Source: a virus
Taxonomy: Duplodnaviria; Caudoviricetes
Virus record (IMG/VR): IMGVR_UViG_3300021167_000382
Span: 96,001-160,000 of that record
Strand: one strand, 5' to 3'
Length of the DNA stretch: 64,000 bases
Positions 56,159-64,000 of the stretch are shown in pieces. How positions within the stretch are numbered: position 1 is the stretch's first letter; the number at the start of each line of letters is the position of its first letter. The notes beneath the pieces were generated by a model. It ran no database searches. It was not told the origin of the DNA and saw nothing but the letters and a program-made list of their open reading frames with translations. A program made the position numbers and the translations under genes.

Positions 56159-57739
56159 TTAAAAACGTTTAAAACCAATATAGCCTGTTGGATTTGATTT
56201 AGGAACGAGTGGATCGAGCATTACATCCTTACGCTCCTTACACCAGTCTCGGAACATCTCGATCTTGTTCTGATGGTATTCCACATGCTTCGGTATTGAA
56301 CTACAGTACAAGTAATAGAACCGAATATCTCGTCCAGCGATTTCCCGCAACCGTCCAAGTACCTGAAGATTACTCTTGATACTATTCAGATTGATGGTCT
56401 GGATTGAAACGGTTAATCCACCGATATCATGCGCAGTACCGCCACTCAACACAGTGGTTACTCGGATATCGCTATCCATCAAGTTCTCGATGGGATCACT
56501 TTCCAAATAAGTCCTTGTGTCAAGATCAGGCAAGGCTTTCCGAAGTACCTTGCAGACCTCTCGAGCCATCGCATGCGATGAAACAAACACCGCACACTTA
56601 TCACCAGCCTGCATTGTCTTAACAAACGACCCCTTCACCATACGAACGATCATATCGACATACTGACTTTTCATGACATGGCTTGAGAGTATACTCTTCT
56701 CAAAAGCGATATGGGAGTAGTTATTCGATCCGTACTCCTGTGTTCTGATTCTGGAGTTTGCAAAGTCTTGAATCTGATATTGACACGAGTACACCGTGAT
56801 GTAGCGCTTCATCTTAATCTTCTCGAAGCGTTTGTGTCTCGGATACATCATGCGCTGGATGCGAAGTTCAGTTTCGTCTTCGGAGGTTAACGTGGCAGAT
56901 AGAGAGATGGTCTTTGGAATATGAAGGAAACAGAACATGCGATAAACTGCATGAAGATGCTGGTGACTCTCATCGAAGATGTTTGTTCCGATGCGCGCCT
57001 TCTCCATCAACTCCCAAGGTTTCATCCCATACATGTCGTAGGTTGGGTTAAATGGGTCTTCAATATAGCCCTTATACCACTTACTAATGGTATTAATCGA
57101 GATAATTGTAACCTTTGGTAATTTTTCAGGTGTCTCTTGATTCTCCAACACTAGCTGACAATAGTCAACTAGACTGTTCTTCCCTTCAATACGATAGATG
57201 TCTTTTTGATTGATTTCATAAGCACCAAGAACATCTTTATTCCATTTTTCAACATACCCAGCTAACACACTAATTGCTAATCGTTTTCCTATTCGTGAAG
57301 CAGTGGTTAGTGCGCATATGGTCTTTCCGCTACCCATTGGCATGGATAAAAGGGGTGCATGTGAGCCTTCTGAAGACATGTCTATGATGAATTCAGCGGC
57401 CTCTTCCTGTTCAGCACGAAGTACGAATTTTGGCTGGATTGGATATGATTCTTCACATGGCTCATAAAGTGGCATGTGGTAGACATCCAGATAAATACCA
57501 GCAGCCTGACACGACTGAAGCATTCGGTTAAGTTGGCCGATATGGAAACGGAATTCATCATTCAGTTTAGTATAGAAGCCAAAAGTCTTCACTGGCTTCC
57601 AAACACGTTTCCTTCGTTGTTCATCAAAGACCATGCCGAACACAGTGTAATCTGCAGCCAGCGTGTACAGAATCTTTCTAAGTTCTATTTCTGGGTTCTG
57701 TACTGTAAAGAAATGTGAGTAGACAATAACATGATTCAC
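56159..57739 (-). CDS. SF2 DExH helicase (phiKZ gp75-like)
   Basis: LRAEQ Q-motif, PMGSGKT, FDESH, LSAT, Q.LGRLR. Confidence 0.92.
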   Translation of the reverse strand: MNHVIVYSHFFTVQNPEIELRKILYTLAADYTVFGMVFDEQRRKRVWKPVKTFGFYTKLNDEFRFHIGQLNRMLQSCQAAGIYLDVYHMPLYEPCEESYPIQPKFVLRAEQEEAAEFIIDMSSEGSHAPLLSMPMGSGKTICALTTASRIGKRLAISVLAGYVEKWNKDVLGAYEINQKDIYRIEGKNSLVDYCQLVLENQETPEKLPKVTIISINTISKWYKGYIEDPFNPTYDMYGMKPWELMEKARIGTNIFDESHQHLHAVYRMFCFLHIPKTISLSATLTSEDETELRIQRMMYPRHKRFEKIKMKRYITVYSCQYQIQDFANSRIRTQEYGSNNYSHIAFEKSILSSHVMKSQYVDMIVRMVKGSFVKTMQAGDKCAVFVSSHAMAREVCKVLRKALPDLDTRTYLESDPIENLMDSDIRVTTVLSGGTAHDIGGLTVSIQTINLNSIKSNLQVLGRLREIAGRDIRFYYLYCSSIPKHVEYHQNKIEMFRDWCKERKDVMLDPLVPKSNPTGYIGFKRF

Positions 57740-57758
57740 TTTGCATCCCTCAATAAAA

Positions 57759-57787
57759 AAGAGAGCGTGGGTGAACCACGCTCTCTT
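57759..57787. terminator. Hairpin terminator
   Basis: AAGAGAGCGTGG-GTGAA-CCACGCTCTCTT, with a T-run on the minus strand. Confidence 0.85.
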
Positions 57788-57789
57788 AC

Positions 57790-59826
57790 CTAGCGATATT
57801 TTGCTTCAACTACTTCCTGCGGACACAGGAATACATCCATCGGGTTGTCCGGCCGAGTACCTTGGTAGAAGTACGTCGGCTCGAAGATCGCGGACTCATG
57901 TGCTTGGAATGCCATCGCGGGACCCAAACTACGGTGAATCGTCAGTGTATCGCCAATACCAAGAACAGGGGTACTCGACCCACGTGACAGGGCATAGCTA
58001 TTATCCGACTCCGTCATGAGGCTATAGATCAGAATTTCCATCGGGAGAATGTTGATACGAAGCTTCTGATTAACCACATCGAACAATTCCTGCAGCAGCA
58101 CCCGATAGGCATTCGCTTGAATTCGTTTCTTGTGATCCTTCTGACTGGACTGAATCATGCGCTTCACTTCATCCGCAAGATCCACAAAACTTTCCTCTTT
58201 ACCTTGCAGCTCAAGGATCGGTTTGTTATAAGTCCAGTCTGTCATGTCGAACATGAAGTTGTTATCTTCATCGACACTCCAGCCTCGTTTCGCCAAGTAC
58301 CCTAGTAACTCATGTGTGAGCATGGGTTTGTTTTGCTTGACGCGAACATCTAGCGGAATCTCTTCCCGCATCTCGGCGCCATTGATCGTCTTCACGATCG
58401 TGAGGCGAATAGTGGAGATTTGACTGATCCGAGGGAGGGAGAGTTGCATGTAGCTATTATCCCCATTCTCGGTATCGATCTCCAATAGCCCAGGCGCTTC
58501 GTCGCTAAGAATAGACATGAACAACTTCGTGCCACGTTCAGGCTTGTTCAGGTAAAACCCTTCTCCCTTCGTACCTGTGTTCATGTAGCGTTGCTCAAAC
58601 TCACCGATTAGAATCCGAAGAATAACCGATGACATGTTCACGTGTTTGATAGAAAGTATGTTCTGTGTAAAGTCTTTCGACAGTGTCACAGAACCCAAGT
58701 GACCGACGTTAGCGAAGCGAGAGATATTTTGCGAGAGTTTACCAGCGCAGATATGACAGACTGAATGCGCATCGGGATGCTTACAGTCTAGCGATGTACG
58801 GAACCAGATGGTCTTTCCGACCAAGTGGTCTTCATTCCCTTCAATGATTCGATAGTCATCATCCTTATTTTGTTTGTAGTACTTACCGACCAGCATCGGC
58901 AAATCGCTCGGGTAGATCTCAGTCCCAGACGAGTCGTAGCGCTTACCTTGAACTTTCCAAGGCATCAGGTCCGTTGACCCGCAGTCTTCATACACGATTC
59001 GTTCTAACACCACCGCATTCAACTGGAACTTACGGGCACGGTACTCGGAATCCTTCAATGCCGAGTCACTGTAGAAGTGAGACTTCGCAGCAGTACGGCT
59101 GTCCGTTACCAAGTCATAGAACTTATTCAGTCCGTCAACATAGTTACCCCAGACCGCATGTTTGAAGATGGTGCCATCGACTTCAGTTGGGAACCCTCGG
59201 AAAGCTACACACTGCATGACTTGATTGATCTTGACCATCTTACTGCGAACCGCTTTAGCTAGTCCATTATCGTCAAAGACCGGATTGGTCTCGATTTCTT
59301 TCAGGATAGCTTCATAGGCGTAGAGAATCTTTTCAGGATTCTCCATTGCCTCTTTCTTCAATTCAACGGTTCGTGGATGGTGCGCGATCTGAACAAAGTC
59401 CAAGATATCGATCGAGATGACACAGTCTTCTGTTTCGATAGCCAAGAAACCCATGACATCCGAGATCGTCTTATAGATCAATTCAAGCAGAGGTTCTTTG
59501 GCTTCAGGTAGCAGCATGTCGTAGGCTTCAACGACCGACTTCAAGATTTCTGTCCCAAGCTTCAAGTGCGTGTTAGTGGTAAGATCCTCCTTTCCGCACT
59601 TGAGTGTCTTATTGACATGGTGTTTCGGTTGAATAACCGTATTAGGATACTGACGAAAGATCTCCCAGAACCAGTGGCTGTATTTGGTTTCGGCCTTAGT
59701 ACAATTCGGAAGGGATTCGGTATTATCGAACACCACCGTGTGAAAGATCTCACCAGGGATCAGAAAGTCAAGTTGAGTAGGCGATAGCGCCAGAAGATCG
59801 CGTGCACGGAATATAGGTTGTTGCAT
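57790..59826 (-). CDS. rpoC: Non-virion RNA polymerase beta-prime C-terminal subunit (phiKZ gp74-like)
   Basis: Q.MQC...RGF.TEVDG, SRTAAKS...L.DSEY.ARK bridge helix, DCGS, C.....VC..CAG zinc site, TQ.ILS.KH trigger loop. Confidence 0.92.
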   Translation of the reverse strand: MQQPIFRARDLLALSPTQLDFLIPGEIFHTVVFDNTESLPNCTKAETKYSHWFWEIFRQYPNTVIQPKHHVNKTLKCGKEDLTTNTHLKLGTEILKSVVEAYDMLLPEAKEPLLELIYKTISDVMGFLAIETEDCVISIDILDFVQIAHHPRTVELKKEAMENPEKILYAYEAILKEIETNPVFDDNGLAKAVRSKMVKINQVMQCVAFRGFPTEVDGTIFKHAVWGNYVDGLNKFYDLVTDSRTAAKSHFYSDSALKDSEYRARKFQLNAVVLERIVYEDCGSTDLMPWKVQGKRYDSSGTEIYPSDLPMLVGKYYKQNKDDDYRIIEGNEDHLVGKTIWFRTSLDCKHPDAHSVCHICAGKLSQNISRFANVGHLGSVTLSKDFTQNILSIKHVNMSSVILRILIGEFEQRYMNTGTKGEGFYLNKPERGTKLFMSILSDEAPGLLEIDTENGDNSYMQLSLPRISQISTIRLTIVKTINGAEMREEIPLDVRVKQNKPMLTHELLGYLAKRGWSVDEDNNFMFDMTDWTYNKPILELQGKEESFVDLADEVKRMIQSSQKDHKKRIQANAYRVLLQELFDVVNQKLRINILPMEILIYSLMTESDNSYALSRGSSTPVLGIGDTLTIHRSLGPAMAFQAHESAIFEPTYFYQGTRPDNPMDVFLCPQEVVEAKYR

Positions 59827-59828
59827 GA

Positions 59829-61997
59829 CTACTTCTGTTCCTTTCTATAGACGTGACGAATACCGAGGCAGTAGTTGAACTGATTCACGATCTGCAACGG
59901 ACGAGTGTTGTTGAATTTGATTTTATCCCGATCAACGAGACAAGGGATACTGGATGGATTCTCCGCTCTCAGGATCTGTCGTGGCATTTCCCTTTGCGTT
60001 GCGATGTTACCGTTCCGATCCATGAGTTCAGCGATGAAGAGTTGACCGCCATAGTTACAGTACAGACGACCTTCCGTTTCACCGATCACCCGGGGTGCAG
60101 TGCGCCGCCACGGACGTGTGTGTTTATCCGGACGATTCATGGCAGTGACAATGCCGAGATTACTATGCTTACCAATGTCAGAGGCAAGCCAGCTATCAGC
60201 GATCTTATCCAAGAGCATAATGGAGATCGGTGCAATACGAATATTGTTCCGAGTCGTGACGGGTTTTCCGCTATGGCCAACGTAAGTCACCGGACCATAT
60301 GTCATCTTAAAACGAGACGCTACCGTTTTGGCTAGATCAGGGTCAATCTCCTTGAAGTATTCGAACTCCATCTGCTTCACCATCTCACTATAGGAACCAG
60401 TTTTGTTTCCGATTGGGAAATAGTTACGTAGCATGTTGTTGAAGATATCCAGCAACCAAACCCAGCGCTCATCGACAGTCAAGCGCTCAGTAAATTCTTC
60501 AAAGCTATAGATCGACGTCAGCTTGTAATAATCCAACATCAGTGCAATAGCGTCATCGATCTTCTCCGCAGGTAATGTCTGGAGTTCTTCCAGCGTTAGT
60601 TTACCATTGAAGTTACGAGGAAGTCCAATCGCTTCCAACATCTGCTTTCGGACATCACGCGCAGCCGCATTGAAGAATGGGCCATGAAGACGCCCAAGGT
60701 TCATGCGGCCAGGTACTGAATCAGGACCAGTAATGATATCTGCTCGATTCCCATCAGCATCGACTGGCATGTTTTCAGGTTCTTCAATTCTACAAATAAC
60801 ACCCTTTCCTCCGTTAGAACAGGATAATTTGAACCCTCGGTCAGGCGTGATTTCATACTCTACCACAAACTCGACGCGCCATACATCCAGCGGTTTCTTC
60901 TTATGAATCAGCGTCAAGTCGGATTGACCTTGGCGCGGCTTACCAGCGATCGCCATCGCTTGCACGATAAGATTATGAAGCGGCCGTGTCAGTCGAACGT
61001 TGCCACCTTGTCCAAGTTTCCAGCTTTCACTAACCTTGGTTTCATAGAAGTTGAGAATCTCCCGGTAGTAATGAAGATACCCTGCTTTGTACTTTTCCAA
61101 CTGGTGCGTCATCGCTGCAGGTAGACGACGTGTGGAGTTTGTAGACTCGATCACGCTAACATCTACTACACGACCTACGCCAGTACGAGCAAAGACAGGT
61201 GTGTCGAAGTGGTAATCGATACGTTGAGCATCACGAACGCTAGTTAGAGCCGGTGCCAAGACCGGGTCATAACGACGCAATACTGCTAGCAGTCCCGACT
61301 CTTTAACATAGTCACCAATGTCTGGAAATGGTTTATAGTGATGATCGTCGCCATAGATGTTCAGTGGAAACTCAGATGAACCAAATTCAAAGGTTCGTTT
61401 CTCGTAAATCCGAAACTTGAAGAACGGAAGTGCATCACGAGAAACCACGTAGCCGTCCAGTCCTACATTCGGATGAGACATATAGGCAAGATTCAACATC
61501 TTACCATACGTGTAATGGCTATCCCCCTTCACCGCGGGACTATCTGCAAAGATCGTTCCCTTAGGGATATCTGCACCCGCATTGATCTTGTCAGCTGCAG
61601 ACTTGATGTCATACTTGAAACCGAAGACCGGGTCATGGCTACAATAATAAGGAATCGTGAAGCAACCGAATTCACCTGTGGCATGGCTCTGGTAAATGAC
61701 CAGTGTTTCAGGATTAAAATCCACAGACTCTTCAGTAACACCACGGGAATACTTCATGATCTTAGCAACGATCGTGCCATCCTCCGGCATTTTAATGCTG
61801 AAGGTATACTTCCCCATCTCTTCTTCAACCCCAGTTACCGTCTGATTGGGTTCAGAACCATCAATCACAGGACGCTGAGAGAAATGCGAACCAAACATCA
61901 CGCAGCGCGCAGGTGCATTGTTCATTGCATGTGCGTTCATCGATTGAATGGAAAGAATCTCAGGAGTAATTTCAGATACGAAAGCTTGGTCTGACAT
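59829..61997 (-). CDS. rpoB: Non-virion RNA polymerase beta C-terminal subunit (phiKZ gp71-73-like), uninterrupted
   Basis: R..MF.SH.SQ, DGYVVS, GFKLS..NGGKGVIC, MPVD.DGNRADII, RMNLGR, R.IGETEGR. Confidence 0.93.
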   Translation of the reverse strand: MSDQAFVSEITPEILSIQSMNAHAMNNAPARCVMFGSHFSQRPVIDGSEPNQTVTGVEEEMGKYTFSIKMPEDGTIVAKIMKYSRGVTEESVDFNPETLVIYQSHATGEFGCFTIPYYCSHDPVFGFKYDIKSAADKINAGADIPKGTIFADSPAVKGDSHYTYGKMLNLAYMSHPNVGLDGYVVSRDALPFFKFRIYEKRTFEFGSSEFPLNIYGDDHHYKPFPDIGDYVKESGLLAVLRRYDPVLAPALTSVRDAQRIDYHFDTPVFARTGVGRVVDVSVIESTNSTRRLPAAMTHQLEKYKAGYLHYYREILNFYETKVSESWKLGQGGNVRLTRPLHNLIVQAMAIAGKPRQGQSDLTLIHKKKPLDVWRVEFVVEYEITPDRGFKLSCSNGGKGVICRIEEPENMPVDADGNRADIITGPDSVPGRMNLGRLHGPFFNAAARDVRKQMLEAIGLPRNFNGKLTLEELQTLPAEKIDDAIALMLDYYKLTSIYSFEEFTERLTVDERWVWLLDIFNNMLRNYFPIGNKTGSYSEMVKQMEFEYFKEIDPDLAKTVASRFKMTYGPVTYVGHSGKPVTTRNNIRIAPISIMLLDKIADSWLASDIGKHSNLGIVTAMNRPDKHTRPWRRTAPRVIGETEGRLYCNYGGQLFIAELMDRNGNIATQREMPRQILRAENPSSIPCLVDRDKIKFNNTRPLQIVNQFNYCLGIRHVYRKEQK

Positions 61998-62042
61998 ATA
62001 ACAACCTCTTTTGTTTTAGGTTTATGAATTCCTACTGCCAAG

Positions 62043-62062
62043 TAAGATATATGTGATCGAAT
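62043..62062 (-). promoter_or_regulatory. Variant early promoter (ATCACATATATCTTA) upstream of the nvRNAP genes
   Basis: Shares TATATCTTA with the other copies; nvRNAP genes are expected to be early. Confidence 0.6.
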
Positions 62063-62084
62063 TGACCCTTGAAGGAGTTTTGTT

Positions 62085-62417
62085 GTGAGTTTACTTGAAG
62101 ACATTAATACGCCGGATGATATTGTAAAAGATCCGGATTACTACGAAGTTCTGGAGAGTCACCTTAGTTTCATGAAGACTCACCGCAGCACAAAGACCAT
62201 TTCGATTGGATTGGATCAAGCTGCTATTTATAAAGGAGATTTCTACGGACTACTGAATTCGCTACATGTGGATAAAAAATATCATTATCCTATTATGCGA
62301 GTCAACGGTCTTCTTTCTTCATCTGACTATGACGGTATTTTGTCAGAGATCATTCAGCCAAGCGAAGAAGTGATCAATGACATTACAACGATTTATCTTT
62401 CGGTAGAAGTAAAGTAA
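62085..62417 (+). CDS. Conserved small protein (phiKZ gp70-like)
   Basis: VLESHL, YKGDFYGLL, IMRVNGL.S..DY; opposite-strand position between gp69-like and gp71-like genes. Confidence 0.75.
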   Translation: MSLLEDINTPDDIVKDPDYYEVLESHLSFMKTHRSTKTISIGLDQAAIYKGDFYGLLNSLHVDKKYHYPIMRVNGLLSSSDYDGILSEIIQPSEEVINDITTIYLSVEVK

Positions 62418-62425
62418 AAAAGAAG

Positions 62426-62457
62426 ACACAGGTGAGGGCAACTGCCCTCACCTGTGT
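62426..62457. terminator. Bidirectional hairpin terminator
   Basis: ACACAGGTGAGGGCA-AC-TGCCCTCACCTGTGT. Confidence 0.85.
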
Positions 62458-62465
62458 TATGTTAG

Positions 62466-63890
62466 TTAAACGCCTTGGATACCAGGCATGATAGGCCGCC
62501 CGTAGGCATCGTACTGCATTTGCTGATTCATCATTGGCTGCATCATGGTCTGCTGCATACCTACCGGTCTGCCCCATGGATCAACTGGCATACCCATATT
62601 AGGATACATACCAGGCATCATGTTCGGTGCCATACCGACCATGGCTGCCATAGACGGCGAGTTCATCATTGCCGCTTGCTGCGCCATCTGGTACATCTGC
62701 TGCTGTTGCTGCGTTATAGGTGAACTAAATGCTTGAGGCATGGCTGTCATCGGACTAGATTGAACCAAGCTATCGAAGCTAACCTTCCCATCGGCATTAT
62801 GCTTAACAGGCACAGGAGCCTGCATCTGGCCAGGTCCGTAGCCAGGATACTGAGGCTGTAGCGGTTGAACCGCGTCGCCGTAGATGGGTGTAGTTTGGGT
62901 AGATTGGACCGGATGCCGGCGTTCAACGAATTGCTGTTCCTGCACAGGTGCTGGTACAGGTGCCGGGTTCAATGCAGTGGCAGTCACCATCGGTACACTT
63001 TGCTTCACAGGTGCAGGTTTGGTATCAGGTTCTCCTTCATTGCCGCGTTGGGAAGGGATCATCATAATCTCCTTCTTATAGCTGTCCAAGTTATCAAACT
63101 CATCGACCCATTCCAGGTTAAAGTCGATCACGTTTTCGTTGTTGATGAACTTTCCATAGAGCGACCAGAGTTCATTCAGACGACCAGCGATATTAATCGA
63201 TGTCCGTAGTAGACAATCCAGCCATGGACAATCCGTGCTATCGCTGTAACTGTTATAGGCTTCGCCATCCGCCTGACCAGGGAAAATGAAGTCCAGAAGC
63301 TGAACCACTTTCTTCCAATCTTTCTCCTTGAACTTCTGGAAGCCAGCTGGAACATCTGTTGAAGCTGGAAACGAGACCACGCCGACACGCGCATGGCGTT
63401 CACCTTGGAAAGTGCCGCTCTTCTTGGTGTAGATATTCACAAAGAGCGCATCCGGCGTTTCAGCGAAGGCAGCAGTGGATGCAGCCATGAACTTTCCACG
63501 AAAGACTTCATCGACTTCGCCTACTGACTTGATCAGTTCCCGCTGCTGCGGATTCATCTTGGCATGAAGCGCTGGCGTACTAAGGATCTCCATCAAACCG
63601 TCCAACATAGACAAGGTCGAAAGATTCAGACGGACATTCACCACACGACGCAGTTTGCGAACCACATCGGACTCGCCTCGATTGATGAACTCCTGTAGCG
63701 GGTGGAAAATGATTTCCTTAGTGGAGTCAAAGTTCTTCAACGAAGCGTCATACGGGAATTTCAACAACTTCCCATCGATATCTGCCGGAAACTCTCGGCC
63801 ATTCAGTGAAACAAACATATTACCGTCATCGGCAACGGTGAAGCCTGCGAAATCCAGGATGTTCTTATAGAGAGTGTGAAGCTTGTTCAA
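62466..63890 (-). CDS. picA: Phage-nucleus protein import factor PicA/Imp1 (phiKZ gp69-like)
   Basis: LY..IL, IDGK.L..P, IFHPL.E...RGES.V, KK.G...G....R...V.FP, IP...GNEG; position between gp68-like and gp70-like; TTG start with AAGGAG RBS. Confidence 0.75.
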   Translation of the reverse strand: MNKLHTLYKNILDFAGFTVADDGNMFVSLNGREFPADIDGKLLKFPYDASLKNFDSTKEIIFHPLQEFINRGESDVVRKLRRVVNVRLNLSTLSMLDGLMEILSTPALHAKMNPQQRELIKSVGEVDEVFRGKFMAASTAAFAETPDALFVNIYTKKSGTFQGERHARVGVVSFPASTDVPAGFQKFKEKDWKKVVQLLDFIFPGQADGEAYNSYSDSTDCPWLDCLLRTSINIAGRLNELWSLYGKFINNENVIDFNLEWVDEFDNLDSYKKEIMMIPSQRGNEGEPDTKPAPVKQSVPMVTATALNPAPVPAPVQEQQFVERRHPVQSTQTTPIYGDAVQPLQPQYPGYGPGQMQAPVPVKHNADGKVSFDSLVQSSPMTAMPQAFSSPITQQQQQMYQMAQQAAMMNSPSMAAMVGMAPNMMPGMYPNMGMPVDPWGRPVGMQQTMMQPMMNQQMQYDAYGRPIMPGIQGV

Positions 63891-63901
63891 GATCCTGCTC
63901 C

Positions 63902-64000
63902 TTAAACGGTTTGAATAAAGTTGCTCATCACGGGCTTATTGATCCCGACATAGTTCAGGATTTCTTCGACACCGGTGATTAAGCTGTTATAATTAGTCCG
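63902..64000 (-). CDS. 3' end of an upstream gene, by synteny the nvRNAP specificity subunit (phiKZ gp68-like); partial
   Basis: Open frame ...RTNYNSLITGVEEILNYVGINKPVMSNFIQTV*; identity rests on synteny only. Confidence 0.5.
   Translation of the reverse strand, partial: RTNYNSLITGVEEILNYVGINKPVMSNFIQTV

Noticed and set aside
59829-61997. Intron or intein in the nvRNAP beta gene, as in phiKZ gp71-73
   Set aside because: Single continuous 722-aa ORF with no homing endonuclease or intein motif
1-64000. Alternative genetic code (stop-codon reassignment)
   Set aside because: Core genes (RNAP subunits, SbcC, helicase, 2296-aa tail protein) are full length in the standard code, and all three stop codons end genes

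Overview
This window is a segment of a phiKZ-related, nucleus-forming jumbo phage genome (Chimalliviridae-like). No tRNA, rRNA, CRISPR array or mobile element was seen. Left to right: (1) a leftward early/accessory region of small paralogous and membrane proteins plus an HU-arm-like protein (1-5.3 kb); (2) the conserved block of prohead protease, virion RNA polymerase (vRNAP) subunits, a giant tail lysin/tape-measure-like protein and a tail protein (phiKZ gp175-gp182-like, 5.4-24 kb); (3) a NADAR-like protein, vRNAP beta C-terminal subunit, UvsX, head protein, DarG-like macrodomain, RNase H, SbcC and the central spike (25-42 kb); (4) a modular fibre/decoration cluster with a permuted NlpC/P60 enzyme (42-49 kb); (5) virion proteins (49-54 kb); (6) an isolated, probably early transcription unit in which a 117-aa orphan ORF is flanked by about 250 nt and 320 nt of hairpin-dense, mutually complementary non-coding sequence (54.4-55.36 kb); (7) the gp68-gp75-like block: SF2 helicase, two non-virion RNAP subunits, a PicA/Imp1-like import factor and the 3' end of a gp68-like gene. 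About 23 long intergenic hairpins and a repeated early-promoter-like motif (TCATGTATATyTnA, minus strand) punctuate the window. The best novelty candidates are the RNA-wrapped orphan ORF and a Peptidase S74 self-cleaving chaperone domain inside the 2296-aa tail protein, which also carries two different peptidoglycan hydrolase domains. phiKZ gp numbers are assigned from recalled motifs, size and synteny, not from database searches.
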